A stretch of DNA of 64,000 bases from Candidatus Cloacimonadales bacterium (GCA_963665815.1 OY762463.1:1312001-1376000), one strand, 5' to 3'; positions 41,969 to 53,345 are shown, numbered from the stretch's first letter. Translations and numbers: made by a program. The notes: a model not told the origin generated them from the sequence alone.

Positions 41969-42841
41969 TCACTGAGTCATATACTGGTTAGTTTTTTCCA
42001 GTTCTTCAAAGTACTCTTTACTCATTGTTTCTCTAAAGTAATAATCTATCATACGTTTTGTATGCACTTCAGGATCCTCATCAGATTTCCTCAATAGATA
42101 GTATTTTAGTTTCTTCAGAGAAAAGAGCTTCATCATTTGCCTCAGATATGAAAATAGGTTGAATAGAAACTGAGAATCCTCCAAATGGTGTAGACACAAA
42201 CTTACCATGAACAAGTTTATGATACGCTCTATCAATTATTTGTTTTACAGGAAGAAAAATTAAAACCATCATACTGAAAATCACAATTTGCTTAAAAGAT
42301 TTTCTTAAGAAGATTATTATAAGAATTAGCATTGCGGGTATCAGAAAAAGAAACTGACCTCTCACGAGCAATAGAAACAGAACAGTAACTAATCCAGAAA
42401 CAAAATGTTTAGTATTTTTATTCTTTATCCACTTGATTACATATGACATAAATAACAAAAAAAGATGGACAGATAAAGCTTCTGATAAAATAAATCCTGT
42501 ATTTTTTATTAAAAACATCATACTTATCAGAGAAGCACTTAAAGAAATTGTGTATACTCTTCTTAAGCCAAAACACTCTTTTAAGGTCTTCAAAAAGTAT
42601 ATGCATGCTATACAATAGATTGATGTCTGAATCAATAAAATCAATATAGTATGATGCCCCCTCCAATCAGTTTTATAGGATTGACAAATAGAGGATACAA
42701 AGATGTCCTGAAAGCTTCAAAATTAATGTAACTATTTGTATCATTTGCAAATCGGGAATGTTTAAAAACTATTACGTAAATTACGAAAATGCGATCAACA
42801 GTATGTAATGCAATTTTGAAAAAATTTACTTTTAAATTCAT
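41969..42841 (-). pseudogene. Fragmented polytopic membrane protein (GT-C-like)
   Basis: Three overlapping ORFs in different frames. DTNSY...RTSLYPLF, then a frameshift near GGAGGGGG (~42660) into a TM segment with LSEAL and LVRGQF, then truncation. Confidence 0.6.
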
Positions 42842-43256
42842 TATCTCTCATATTAACATCCATGAAATTAAATCTTAAATCGAAAAATATAATACCTTAT
42901 CTATTCAAAATTAAGACTTCATCTGATGAGAACCAAATGACACCATAACCGTGAGTTTTCAAGATTATGCTTAAATTTTGTTATTTTTTTTTGATTGTCA
43001 AGCATACACTTGGGATTTAAATCATGACATATGTTTCCAAAGAGTATACTTTCCTTTAATATTGTATCGAGTCCTTATGTTCAAATCTTTGAAGAGTTCC
43101 TTAATCACCGATAATATTCTGTAATAATTAATTTCTGTGAATTTGCTTGCTTCTTAGTACATTCTAAGTTATTTTCTATAAGTATTTATAAGTAAAAGAA
43201 TAGAAAATATAGTGTGTTATTTTTAAAGCAACTCTTGCATCAAGTAAGGAGATATT

Positions 43257-45572
43257 ATGAATAAATTTATTATAACTTTAGTGTTTACTATTTTCACCTT
43301 AAGCTTGTTTTCTCAAACTGGAATTGCTCCATCAGGTCTTGGAACAGAAGCAAGTCCATATCTAATTACATCCTGGCAGAATTTATATTGGGTTAGTCAG
43401 AACTCAAGCTCATGGGATAAGCATTTTCTACAAACAGCCGATATTGATTTTTCAACTGCTTCTCCAGCAATTAACACTTGGAATAGTAATCAGGGCTGGA
43501 CTCCTATTGGAAACTCAGCAATAACCTTTACTGGTATCTATGATGCAGGAGGATACAAAGTGATTAACCTCTACATGAATTATCCGGGGAACGGTGAGCC
43601 AACATCAGTTGTGGAAGCTCAGGCATTACCAGGTAATATTGGTTTATTCGGCTATCTTGAATGCTCGTCATCTGCAGATGCTGTTATACGAAATCTGGGA
43701 ATCCTGAATGCAGATATTACTGGTGGAAGGGCAACAGGGTCATTATTAGGCAGGGCACAGCTTCCGAGTAATGCATCTTTTACAACTATCGTAGAAAACT
43801 GTTATACCGCAGGTACAATAACTGTAAGAGGATTCGGTGCAACAGGTGGTCTCGTAGGTGCAAACAATTCTCAAAAGAAAAATATGGTTCCAATAATCCG
43901 TTATTGTTACTCGAATGCTGACGTAGAAAGTCGCTTTCCAACCAATACAATACAGAATCCAAATGATAATGATGAGCTTTTCAATATCAAATATGGTGGT
44001 CTCGTAGGTTGCAATGAAAATGGACTATCTATGGACAGCTATTCAACAGGTGACGTTTATGGAGGTAAACGAACAGGTGGTATTGCAGGATGCTCTATAC
44101 GTGGAGCAGTAATTCGATGCTATGCAACGGGTCAAATAAGAACAGGATTTCAAAGCCCTCCATTTACAAGTGATACTGATCCTTTTATAGGTGGAATAGT
44201 TGGGCGTATTGATGGGCAACTTCCCCCCGGTTTAGGAGGTTTTCAAGGTAGTGGAGCAATACAGATGTGTTACTGGGATACATCTACATCTGGAAATAGT
44301 ACTTCAGGAGGCGGTACAGGAGTTCAGGGATTAACGACAGCCCAGTTACAAACTCAGTCAACTTATGCAAACTGGAACTTCGATGGCGTATGGCTCATTT
44401 CTGCAAACCAATATCCTCGTTTGGGTTGGCAGGATGGAGTAAATATTAATCCACTTTCCAATACATATGAAGGAATGCTTATTCCTACCATCATTGTTGA
44501 TGTGGCACAGCCTGATCAGCTTTATTCTGCCAGTAGTATCGGTGGTGAAACTGTTTATGTTGGATTTATGCCTGCATCAGACGAAACGGTAAACGTCTCT
44601 ATTTATTCTACTTATTCTGAGAATCCTACCTTTGTAGAAGGTAACTTTCCGAATCCGGAAAATCTTGGAGCTTATTGGCAATTCTATTGTTCTGATGACC
44701 AGGTATTGAGAAATGCTCAGCATCTTGATATCCAGATGCCTGTTCAGTATACTGAAATATGGTATAGATACTCTCGTGACAGTTCAGAAATTCAGTCCTG
44801 GCAAAAAGTTCCCGTTGGTGTTTCAACTTATCTGTCGGGATCTTATATCTATAGAATCACAGTAAGTGGATTATCTCTCCCTGCTCCTGGCAGATCCAGC
44901 GAGCAAGGTGAAGTTGAGTTTGCTGGAGATATTGGAGGAGATGATACACTTCCAATTGAACTTTCATCATTCACAGCATCTCAGATGCAATCCGATTTAG
45001 CATCCATAAATTGGAGTACTGCATCAGAAAGTGCAATGCTTGGTTATTATGTGCTTAGAAACACAGAATCGGACATACAGCATGCATTACGAATAACACC
45101 GGATATCATACCTGCATACAATTCTTCCAGTGGTAGTAATTACGAAACAACAGACAGCGATGTTTCTATTGGAGAAACCTATCATTACTGGCTTGAATCC
45201 ATAGAAATGAGTGGTAATAATAAACTCTATGGTCCTGTTATTCTGACAATTTCTGATGATGATTATAAAGAGGATATACCAGAAGTAATAGCTGTGACTG
45301 AGATTCAATCCATTTATCCAAATCCGTTCAATCCGCAAACAACAATACGTTATTTCCTACAAGATGATAGTGAAGTAAAACTTTCAATTTACAACATAAA
45401 AGGTGAAAAAATTCGTGTTTTTGATAAAGGTATTCAAACAGGTGGTCAGCATCATGAGATTCTCTGGGATGGAATAGATGAAAAAGGTTCAGAGACTTCC
45501 AGTGGAACATATATATTTCAACTTAATGCAGGGAAGGTAAAATACTCACAAAAAGCTGTAATGCTTAAATAG
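43257..45572 (+). CDS. Secreted GLUG-repeat protein with C-terminal sorting domain
   Basis: GxGT..PY.I, GWTPIG, GLFG, GGLVG repeats, LPIELSSFTA, IYPNPFNP...KAVMLK. Confidence 0.85.
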   Translation: MNKFIITLVFTIFTLSLFSQTGIAPSGLGTEASPYLITSWQNLYWVSQNSSSWDKHFLQTADIDFSTASPAINTWNSNQGWTPIGNSAITFTGIYDAGGYKVINLYMNYPGNGEPTSVVEAQALPGNIGLFGYLECSSSADAVIRNLGILNADITGGRATGSLLGRAQLPSNASFTTIVENCYTAGTITVRGFGATGGLVGANNSQKKNMVPIIRYCYSNADVESRFPTNTIQNPNDNDELFNIKYGGLVGCNENGLSMDSYSTGDVYGGKRTGGIAGCSIRGAVIRCYATGQIRTGFQSPPFTSDTDPFIGGIVGRIDGQLPPGLGGFQGSGAIQMCYWDTSTSGNSTSGGGTGVQGLTTAQLQTQSTYANWNFDGVWLISANQYPRLGWQDGVNINPLSNTYEGMLIPTIIVDVAQPDQLYSASSIGGETVYVGFMPASDETVNVSIYSTYSENPTFVEGNFPNPENLGAYWQFYCSDDQVLRNAQHLDIQMPVQYTEIWYRYSRDSSEIQSWQKVPVGVSTYLSGSYIYRITVSGLSLPAPGRSSEQGEVEFAGDIGGDDTLPIELSSFTASQMQSDLASINWSTASESAMLGYYVLRNTESDIQHALRITPDIIPAYNSSSGSNYETTDSDVSIGETYHYWLESIEMSGNNKLYGPVILTISDDDYKEDIPEVIAVTEIQSIYPNPFNPQTTIRYFLQDDSEVKLSIYNIKGEKIRVFDKGIQTGGQHHEILWDGIDEKGSETSSGTYIFQLNAGKVKYSQKAVMLK

Positions 45573-45593
45573 ATTAATTATCTTCAACATAGC

Positions 45594-45625
45594 AGCCGGG
45601 GAATGTTCCTCGGCTTTTTTCTTTT
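45594..45625 (+). terminator. Rho-independent terminator
   Basis: AGCCGGGGAA / TTCCTCGGCT stem followed by a T tract. Confidence 0.75.
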
Positions 45626-45638
45626 GTAAGTCACTTCC

Positions 45639-46805
45639 CTACTTCTTCCCCGTCATAAACGCAAAAGGTACAGCCCCGAGAGCCAGAAATGCAGAGATTT
45701 TGTATGTCAGATCCAAACCCAGTTTATCTGACAGCAGTCCAACCAGAATCACCATCAGAGAGCTGATAAAAAAATTGATCGTCATATAGACACCATTCAC
45801 CAGAGAGGAATGCTCCGAGTCTCGTTCGTGCACAAGTGCGAGAAGAACCGGTGAACTTGCCATCAGGAACACACCTGAGACAATCAGCAGAGGAATAACC
45901 CAGATTCCGCTGGCATGGACAAACAGCCACATCAGAACCGGACAGGCAACCGTAACAGCCACAAGCACTTTTCGTCTGCCAAACCTGTCTGAAAGATACC
46001 CCGCAGCAAATGTACCTGCTGCCCCGGAGAACTGCAGTATCGCCAAAGATATGCCTGCCAGCCAGAGAGAAAAGTCTTTATTCGTCAGATACACAGGTAA
46101 ATATATGGTTAAAGCCGATTTCATTGCTGCCCTGAAAGTAATAACTCCCGCAGTGATAACAAACACAGGCATCATTTTCTTCATTACAGCCATTTTGCTT
46201 TCAGAAATCACCTTTTTCTTCTGATTCTTCACTTCAACTTTGCTGAGTTGGAAGTAGATAAATACGGAGGAAGCCAGAGCTATCGGGATTAATCTCCAGG
46301 AATTATCCAGTCCCCACAACGATATCGAGCCCAGAATAAGCAGAGGTCCCAAAGATCGAGCCAACTCACCGCCAACCATGTAGAAACTCATTCCAAAGCC
46401 AATTCTGCCATACGAAACCTTCTTCATCATTCCGGGAGACGGCACATGAAAAACAGCCGATGACATCCCCGAAATAAATATGAGGAAAACAAGCATAGCA
46501 TAGTTGTCCACCAACCCTGCCAGACACATGACAACTGCCGTCACGGTTGGTGCTGCAACAATGAACCATTTTGGATTAAATCTGTCTGCCAATATTCCAA
46601 CAAAGGGATTAGAAAGTGAGGGAATTCGTCGCACAACATCAAGCAGCCCTGCCAGAAAAATTGTTATTCCAATTTTATCAATCATTAGTGGCAGTAACGG
46701 TGCCAGAAATGCAGAATATGTATCGTGTATAAGATGAGCATAGGCAATCGTCAGTACTTTTTTCAGGTCGAATTCTTTTCTATCTGTCATAGACTCTACT
46801 TTCAA
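45639..46805 (-). CDS. MFS transporter, Fsr-like
   Basis: HLIHDTY...LAPLLP, GILADRF, FHVP, SDRFGRR; ~12 TMs. Confidence 0.88.
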   Translation of the reverse strand: MKVESMTDRKEFDLKKVLTIAYAHLIHDTYSAFLAPLLPLMIDKIGITIFLAGLLDVVRRIPSLSNPFVGILADRFNPKWFIVAAPTVTAVVMCLAGLVDNYAMLVFLIFISGMSSAVFHVPSPGMMKKVSYGRIGFGMSFYMVGGELARSLGPLLILGSISLWGLDNSWRLIPIALASSVFIYFQLSKVEVKNQKKKVISESKMAVMKKMMPVFVITAGVITFRAAMKSALTIYLPVYLTNKDFSLWLAGISLAILQFSGAAGTFAAGYLSDRFGRRKVLVAVTVACPVLMWLFVHASGIWVIPLLIVSGVFLMASSPVLLALVHERDSEHSSLVNGVYMTINFFISSLMVILVGLLSDKLGLDLTYKISAFLALGAVPFAFMTGKK

Positions 46806-46836
46806 TTAGTTTGCTTCATTTATGGATATTCTGAGC

Positions 46837-47769
46837 TTACTTCACAGGCTTTATAAAATCACCTGTTTCCAGTGATTCAATATATATGATATTTTCTTTT
46901 ACCAGTTCATCAATTACGTTATCAAGTTCATGAGGATGAATCTCAAAAACTGCCAGCAGATCAATCTTTGTAACAGGACGTCGCCAGATTGTTTTGATTA
47001 TCTTGTTACGTATTTCTTCCCCGGACACTCTCTGAGTTTTCTTCATCTTGTTTCGGGAGATAATCTCAACGTTCAAAGGTTTAAAGAACTCAGCAATTTC
47101 CTCGAGTCGACTGTAATCCAGAGGTTTAATCCAGTCTACAGATCCTGGTCTATCGAGTGTATTCAGTTGAACACTGTCCGGATTTATCTTCATGATTGCA
47201 TCTTTCAGCTTCTTCAGCTCTTCAGGTGTATCATTTATACCGGGGCAGAAGAAAACTTCCAGCCACATCGTGCCTTTCATTTCCTGCTTAAGCTTTGTCA
47301 GACCTTCAATCATGCTTTCTGCATTCAAACTGTCAAAGGGTCTGTTAATCTGCTGGAATAACTTATTGGAAACAGCATCAAGAGAAGGTAAAATTAAATC
47401 CACATCAGCTACTTCTCTCCGCAGGCTCTCATCATGAAACAGGGTTCCGTTGGTTATCAGGGCAAGCTTCAGGTGTGAATAATTATCTTTTATGAAACGA
47501 ACAACTTTCCCCAGCCCGGAATTAAGAGTTGGCTCTCCCTGACCGGAAAACGTTACGTAATCCAGTTCCGGGTTTGTACTGAGATATTCTTTGATCTCCT
47601 CAATAACTTCATCAATGGGAATATAGTTATCCCTTATAACTGTTAGATTTGTTGTATCTCCTGATTCGCAGTAAACACAACTGAGTGTGCATACCTTGAA
47701 GGGAACAAGATCTACTCCGAGAGACAATCCAAGCCGTCTTGATGATACAGGACCAAAAAGATATTTCAT
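46837..47769 (-). CDS. Radical SAM protein
   Basis: FGPVSSRRLGLSLG, CTLSCVYC, SGQGEPTL, TNG; start ATG 47769 behind GGAGG. Confidence 0.9.
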   Translation of the reverse strand: MKYLFGPVSSRRLGLSLGVDLVPFKVCTLSCVYCESGDTTNLTVIRDNYIPIDEVIEEIKEYLSTNPELDYVTFSGQGEPTLNSGLGKVVRFIKDNYSHLKLALITNGTLFHDESLRREVADVDLILPSLDAVSNKLFQQINRPFDSLNAESMIEGLTKLKQEMKGTMWLEVFFCPGINDTPEELKKLKDAIMKINPDSVQLNTLDRPGSVDWIKPLDYSRLEEIAEFFKPLNVEIISRNKMKKTQRVSGEEIRNKIIKTIWRRPVTKIDLLAVFEIHPHELDNVIDELVKENIIYIESLETGDFIKPVK

Positions 47770-47933
47770 TTTTTCCTCCAAAGCATTTATAGTACTAAAC
47801 AAATATAATGCTGCCTGTAGTCAATGAAAATCAGATCAATAAAATATTTCATTTGTGTAAATGCAGGTTTGGAGTTACTATATAATATGTTACTTTATAC
47901 GTAGTGTCTCAAAAAGTAGTAAGGAGTTTTATC

Positions 47934-48914
47934 TTGAAAAAACACCTGTTAATAATAATTTTCCTCCTGTCTTCATTGCTATTTTCGATCAAGAATGATA
48001 ATACTGTCCTTATAATAGGAAGCTATCACCCGGAGCTGGCATGGGTTGATCAGTGCGAAGAAGGTATAGAATCATCTATAGATTCAAATATTCAAGTAGT
48101 AAAATTCTATATGGATACAAAACGTATACCGGAATCGTCTTTTAATCAGAAAGTAATTGAAGCCCTGAGATTAATTGAGGAAGTTAAACCTGACCTGATT
48201 ATGCTGGGTGATGACAATGCTTTGAAACTAATCGGACCTGAGCTGGCAGGAAAAGAAATTCCGGTTGTTTTTTTCGGAATAAACACGAATCCAAGACACT
48301 ATTTCGAAAACTTAGTCCTCCCATCAAACTTCACTGGTGTTTTGGAACATTTTGTTGTTATTCCATGGATAGGACATTTGAAAAAGATTATGCCTGATGC
48401 TGAAAAAGCTTTAGTCATGTTTGATCATAGTTCAACGACTGAGGCTATTATTCATACATCATTTTATGATAGTAATGTAATCAATATTGCAGGACTTGAA
48501 ATTGAATACAATATTCTTCCCGATTGGAATAATTGGAAACAGTGTGTGCAGAACTGTTCAGAATTTGATATGATAATCCTCCCAACATTCCATGCTGTAA
48601 AGGACAAAGACAAGGCTATTGATTATAATGAGGTTATCAGATGGACTTCCCGAAATACAAAGATACCTCTTTTTACTTTTCAGGATTATGCCGTACGTGA
48701 TGATGGTTGTACAGGAGCATTTGTTCTGCATGGAGTCTCACATGGGAAAGTTGCAGGAGAAATGGTACAGATGATTCTGATAGATAAAAAACCTCCTGGC
48801 AAAATTGTACCTGTCCCTGATACAAGTGGTAAATTCTTCTTCAATAAAAAACAATTAAAAAGATTCTCCATAGCTTTGCCGGAATACATAAAGAATGATG
48901 CGATATTCAAGTAA
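47934..48914 (+). CDS. Periplasmic binding-fold protein (ABC_sub_bind-like)
   Basis: Signal peptide from TTG 47934 (AAGGAG RBS); SYH...W, MDTKR, GDDNAL, PVVFFGIN, TGVLE. Confidence 0.78.
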   Translation: MKKHLLIIIFLLSSLLFSIKNDNTVLIIGSYHPELAWVDQCEEGIESSIDSNIQVVKFYMDTKRIPESSFNQKVIEALRLIEEVKPDLIMLGDDNALKLIGPELAGKEIPVVFFGINTNPRHYFENLVLPSNFTGVLEHFVVIPWIGHLKKIMPDAEKALVMFDHSSTTEAIIHTSFYDSNVINIAGLEIEYNILPDWNNWKQCVQNCSEFDMIILPTFHAVKDKDKAIDYNEVIRWTSRNTKIPLFTFQDYAVRDDGCTGAFVLHGVSHGKVAGEMVQMILIDKKPPGKIVPVPDTSGKFFFNKKQLKRFSIALPEYIKNDAIFK

Positions 48915-49168
48915 TAAATGCAAACAGCCATCTTGATGCGTTGGGCTGAGTATTGTGTTTTTCGAATTTCATACCCTATCTCAAGCATTGTAACTCTGCA
49001 CTAATAAAAAACTTCTTCGCACAGCAATATCTGTTATCAAGAGTTAATATTATCAAATGCTTTTTAATGCTATAAGTATTATCCTTTTTCATTGACAGAA
49101 TTCAACCTGAATTGCTTAGTTATTCACTGAAATAAATAAACACGTAATCATTTGATTAAAGGTAGCTT

Positions 49169-50797
49169 ATGTCATACATAGTTTTAGCAAGAAAATACAG
49201 ACCACAGAATTTTGAAGAAGTTTATGCTCAGGATCATGTAACTAAAACACTGAGAAATGCTATTGATTCCGACAGGATAGCCCATGCTTACCTGTTTACC
49301 GGTTCAAGAGGTGTTGGTAAGACTTCTCTTGCTCGTATCATGGCTAAAAGTCTTAATTGTAAAGAAGGTCCGACTTCTACTCCATGCAATGTCTGCGAAA
49401 ACTGCCACGAGATTACTGACGGAATATCACCTGATGTAATTGAGATTGACGGTGCGTCTAATACAGGTGTTGACGACATCAGAGACTTACAGAAAGAACT
49501 GATGTATACTGCTTCCAAATCAAAGTATAAAATATACATTATCGATGAGGTTCACATGCTCTCCAAAAGTGCTTTCAATGCACTTCTCAAAACACTTGAA
49601 GAGCCACCTCAAAATGTAATATTCATTTTTGCTACAACCGAACCCCATAAGCTTCCCCCTACAATTATATCAAGATGTCAAAGATACGATTTCAAGAGAA
49701 TCCCAATTGATGCCATTGTCGCAAGACTACAGGATATTGTCGAAAAAGAGAAGATCACAATCTCAGAAGAATCGCTGTTTATTATAGCGAGAAAAGCCGA
49801 AGGTGGAATGAGGGACGCTCTTTCACTTATGGATCAGGTAATTTCTACAGGTAAAGATAACATTACTACGGAACAGGTGCTTTCTGTCTTCGGAGTGTTA
49901 TCTTCAGAAGTGTATCTCGAAATACTGGCATTTCTAAAGAAGAAACAGTCCACAGCCGTAATAAGAACAATTCATCAGATTTTCGAACGAGGTAACGATG
50001 TTCAGGAATTTCTTAACGGTCTGCTGGAAACAATGAGATCAATTCTTCTGATAAAGGTGGGAATCGTTCTTCCTGAAATACCGGCAAATCTACTGAACAG
50101 GTATAAGCAGCTTTCTGCCGATTACTCGGAAGATGACCTGATGTATCTGATTTCATACTTGATAAAGCTAAAAAATGACATTAAAACAAGCAGTACACCA
50201 ATGCTTCTTGTGGAAATGGTATTCATTAAACTGGCAAGACTGGCAGAAATGCACTCTATTGAAGAACTGATCTCCAATACAGACAAAATTACTGCTATGC
50301 CACAGGCTTCGCAGGCAACCCATGCAGAATACAAAGATGTGACAAAAGAAATACGTCATATTTCTACAGATATAGTCAAAGAAACTATCATAAATGATGT
50401 TCATAAGGAGAAAGAAAAATTCTCTGATCTGACAAAAGAAAAACTGGAAAAAGAATGGCCTAAAATAGCTTCGATGATATCCAAAAAGCATTCTGTTATG
50501 AGTGCATATCTCAAGCAGGCAGAAGTTTATGATATTAAAAATAATTTGATCACTATTACTGTGAATTCTACTCTTGCCAGGGATATGCTCAAAAAAAATC
50601 AAGCTGCTCTTGAGAAAGTATTCTCAGACTATCTTGATAAAGAAGTACAGATTACATACAAACTGATAAAAAAAAAAGTTAAAGAAAAAGTAATAAATCC
50701 AACTGTTCAGCAGATTAGAAAAGATTATCCAGGAATTGCTGATTTTATCGAAGCAAGTGAATCTGAAGTTACAACGGTGATCGAGAAAAAATTCTGA
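49169..50797 (+). CDS. dnaX: DNA polymerase III subunit gamma/tau
   Basis: LARKYRP, GSRGVGKT, zinc Cys cluster, IDEVHML, NALLKTLEEPP, SRC. Confidence 0.97.
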   Translation: MSYIVLARKYRPQNFEEVYAQDHVTKTLRNAIDSDRIAHAYLFTGSRGVGKTSLARIMAKSLNCKEGPTSTPCNVCENCHEITDGISPDVIEIDGASNTGVDDIRDLQKELMYTASKSKYKIYIIDEVHMLSKSAFNALLKTLEEPPQNVIFIFATTEPHKLPPTIISRCQRYDFKRIPIDAIVARLQDIVEKEKITISEESLFIIARKAEGGMRDALSLMDQVISTGKDNITTEQVLSVFGVLSSEVYLEILAFLKKKQSTAVIRTIHQIFERGNDVQEFLNGLLETMRSILLIKVGIVLPEIPANLLNRYKQLSADYSEDDLMYLISYLIKLKNDIKTSSTPMLLVEMVFIKLARLAEMHSIEELISNTDKITAMPQASQATHAEYKDVTKEIRHISTDIVKETIINDVHKEKEKFSDLTKEKLEKEWPKIASMISKKHSVMSAYLKQAEVYDIKNNLITITVNSTLARDMLKKNQAALEKVFSDYLDKEVQITYKLIKKKVKEKVINPTVQQIRKDYPGIADFIEASESEVTTVIEKKF

Positions 50798-51891
50798 TGC
50801 TGCTTTTTCTTTATATCTCTACCGCATCCTATTCTCTGTTAATCCTTTCATTTGCAATTGGTGTAATCATGTCTGAAAAAAAAACTCAAGACATACACCC
50901 TCAGAAGATAAGCGTTATTGTTGCTGCCAGAAATGAAGAAAAACACATTCAATCTCTTATTGATGCAACCAAAGCACAATCGTATGATAAAGATAAATTC
51001 GAATTGATAATTGCCGATGATCGTTCAACAGACAGAACAGTAGAAATCATCAAACAGAACCAATTAAACTTCAAAAATCTTAAATATGTTTCAGTTAAAG
51101 ATAATGAACCGGAATATCCGGGCAAAAAATATGCTCTTACAAAAGCAATCAACGCTGCCCAATTTGAAATCCTTGCTTTTACAGATGCAGACTGTCTTCC
51201 TGAAAACAAATGGTTAGAGAGTATAAGCAATAACTTCGACAGCTACACAGATGTGCTTTGCGGATATTCTCCTTTAATCGGTCAGGATAACTTTATAGGA
51301 AAGTTGAAGAATCTGGAAAGGCTCTCAATTTTTGCTCTTTGTGCAGGATCATTCTTCTGGAAATGGGCTATAACATGCAGTGCAAGAAACTGGGCATACA
51401 GGAAATCACTGTTCAGAAAAGTAAATGGATTTTCGGGAATTGATCATATTGCTTCTGGTGATGACGACCTCATGCTGCTTAAGCTGAGAAGAGAGACAAA
51501 TAAATTCAGATTCATGTTTAATCGGGGTGCATCAGTACCTTCATTCGATAAAACAGACATGAAATCTCAGGTTAATCTGGAGACGAGACGTGCTTCTAAA
51601 CTGAAGTTTTATCCTGCTGACCTGAAGCTTATTGTCTTCATTGCCTTATTTTTTTACTCTTCAATTATCATATCTCTGTTTGCAGCCATTATGTCACCGG
51701 ATTTAATTCCTGGTATTATTATTGCAATAAGCTGTAAACTTTTGGTTGAGTTCCTGCTTCTTGGCTCATTTGCAGCAAAAATCAGAAAGCTGAACCTGAT
51801 GAATGTATTCATTCCGGCAGAGATTTTATATATACCTTACTTCATTTTATTCGGGTTAAAGGGAACTTTTGGAAAATACAGGTGGAAATAA
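50797..51891 (+). CDS. Glycosyltransferase family 2, membrane-anchored
   Basis: AARNEE, DDRSTD, TDADC, SGDDD; TGATG coupling to dnaX. Confidence 0.9.
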   Translation: MLLFLYISTASYSLLILSFAIGVIMSEKKTQDIHPQKISVIVAARNEEKHIQSLIDATKAQSYDKDKFELIIADDRSTDRTVEIIKQNQLNFKNLKYVSVKDNEPEYPGKKYALTKAINAAQFEILAFTDADCLPENKWLESISNNFDSYTDVLCGYSPLIGQDNFIGKLKNLERLSIFALCAGSFFWKWAITCSARNWAYRKSLFRKVNGFSGIDHIASGDDDLMLLKLRRETNKFRFMFNRGASVPSFDKTDMKSQVNLETRRASKLKFYPADLKLIVFIALFFYSSIIISLFAAIMSPDLIPGIIIAISCKLLVEFLLLGSFAAKIRKLNLMNVFIPAEILYIPYFILFGLKGTFGKYRWK

Positions 51892-52437
51892 ATGAACTTA
51901 CAATATCCGGAATTAGAAAAATTCAGAGAGCAAAGCAATAATATCAGACGCCTTTGGAATATTGATGAAAAACTGGCTGAACTGCTGTATATGTTTGTAC
52001 GTATCAAAAAACCAATGAACATTCTGGAACTGGGAACATCTAACGGATTCTCAACATTCTATCTTTCAGTAAGTGGAGAACTTACAGAAAGCTGTGTTTA
52101 TTCTATCGAGTTCGATGAAAAAAGACATTTAATGGCAAAGGAAAATCTGAAAAACTGTAATAATATCGAACTGATCAAAGGCAGAATTGAGGACGTAATA
52201 CCTGAGCTTCATATGAATTTTGATATGGTATTTATGGATGCCAACAAATCTTGCTATATAGACTATATATTGAGCCTCGAAAATAAATTGAACAAAGATG
52301 CCCTTATCATTGCTGACAATGTATCATCTCATGAAGAGACTACCGGTGAGTACATAGACTATATTAAAAAAAATCCTCGCTACGACGAAATGATTTTACC
52401 ATATCTCTCGGGATTCTCCATAGCTATTTATAAGTAG
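51892..52437 (+). CDS. O-methyltransferase (class I SAM)
   Basis: ILELGTSNGFS, FDMVFMDANK, IADN. Confidence 0.88.
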   Translation: MNLQYPELEKFREQSNNIRRLWNIDEKLAELLYMFVRIKKPMNILELGTSNGFSTFYLSVSGELTESCVYSIEFDEKRHLMAKENLKNCNNIELIKGRIEDVIPELHMNFDMVFMDANKSCYIDYILSLENKLNKDALIIADNVSSHEETTGEYIDYIKKNPRYDEMILPYLSGFSIAIYK

Positions 52438-52589
52438 GCTGAATCACAAGAACAGCTGAATTTAATCTTGCATTATTCCCACATGTTATAAAAATTCAAT
52501 TAAAAAATTAACTCTGAATACAATTATATACTTGCTCATAATACTTTTGTTATGTATCTTTTATTTAAACAAATTATAAGGAAGATATT

Positions 52590-53324
52590 ATGACAACGAA
52601 AAAATTACTGGCTCTATTTTTTGCTCTTATAGCCGTAATAGTATCCGCAGCTGATTTACAATTATATACCGAAGAATACCCACCATACAATTTCAAAAAG
52701 GACGGAAAGCTTCAGGGAATCGCAATTGATATGATGGAGTTGATTCTTGAGGAAGCAGGAACCGGCTTAACTAAATCAGACATCCAGCTTGTTCCATGGT
52801 CAAGAGGTTATGCTCTAGTACAGAGGGACGCAAATGTGTGTCTTTTCTCAATGACTCGTTCTAAGGAAAGAGAGAACATGTTTAAATGGGTTGGTCCTGT
52901 AGCAAAAACTACAATCGTTTTGTACGCATTGAAAGACAGCGGTATTAAAATCAGTTCAGAAGCTGATATTCCCAAATACACAACAACGGTTGTTAAAGAT
53001 GATATCGGACAACAACTTGTTGGAAAAGCCGTTTCCGATGAAAGTAAAATTGATGTTTCTGCCAATAATATTGCCTGCGTCAGAAAACTCTATAATAAAA
53101 GAGTCAATCTCTGGGCTTATGAGAGCAATGTAGGTAAATGGGTTGCAAAGAGCAATAATTTTGATACATCAAAACTTGAACCTGTATACACACTATCCGA
53201 AGCTGAATTACATTTTGCATTCAGCAAAAAAACTGATGATGCAACGATTCAAAAGTTTCAGCAAGCTTATGATAAACTTAAGAAATCAGGAAAATTCGAT
53301 GCTATAATGAAGGCTTATCAATAA
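52590..53324 (+). CDS. Family 3 extracellular solute-binding protein
   Basis: Signal peptide, TEEYPPYNF, PWSRG, RENMFKWVGP. Confidence 0.88.
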   Translation: MTTKKLLALFFALIAVIVSAADLQLYTEEYPPYNFKKDGKLQGIAIDMMELILEEAGTGLTKSDIQLVPWSRGYALVQRDANVCLFSMTRSKERENMFKWVGPVAKTTIVLYALKDSGIKISSEADIPKYTTTVVKDDIGQQLVGKAVSDESKIDVSANNIACVRKLYNKRVNLWAYESNVGKWVAKSNNFDTSKLEPVYTLSEAELHFAFSKKTDDATIQKFQQAYDKLKKSGKFDAIMKAYQ

Positions 53325-53345
53325 CTTTACTATATTATTTCAATC

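Noticed and set aside
48915..49168. SRP RNA (ffs), often found before dnaX
   Set aside because: No CAGG...GAAG.AGCAG helix-8 motif and no GC-rich long hairpin
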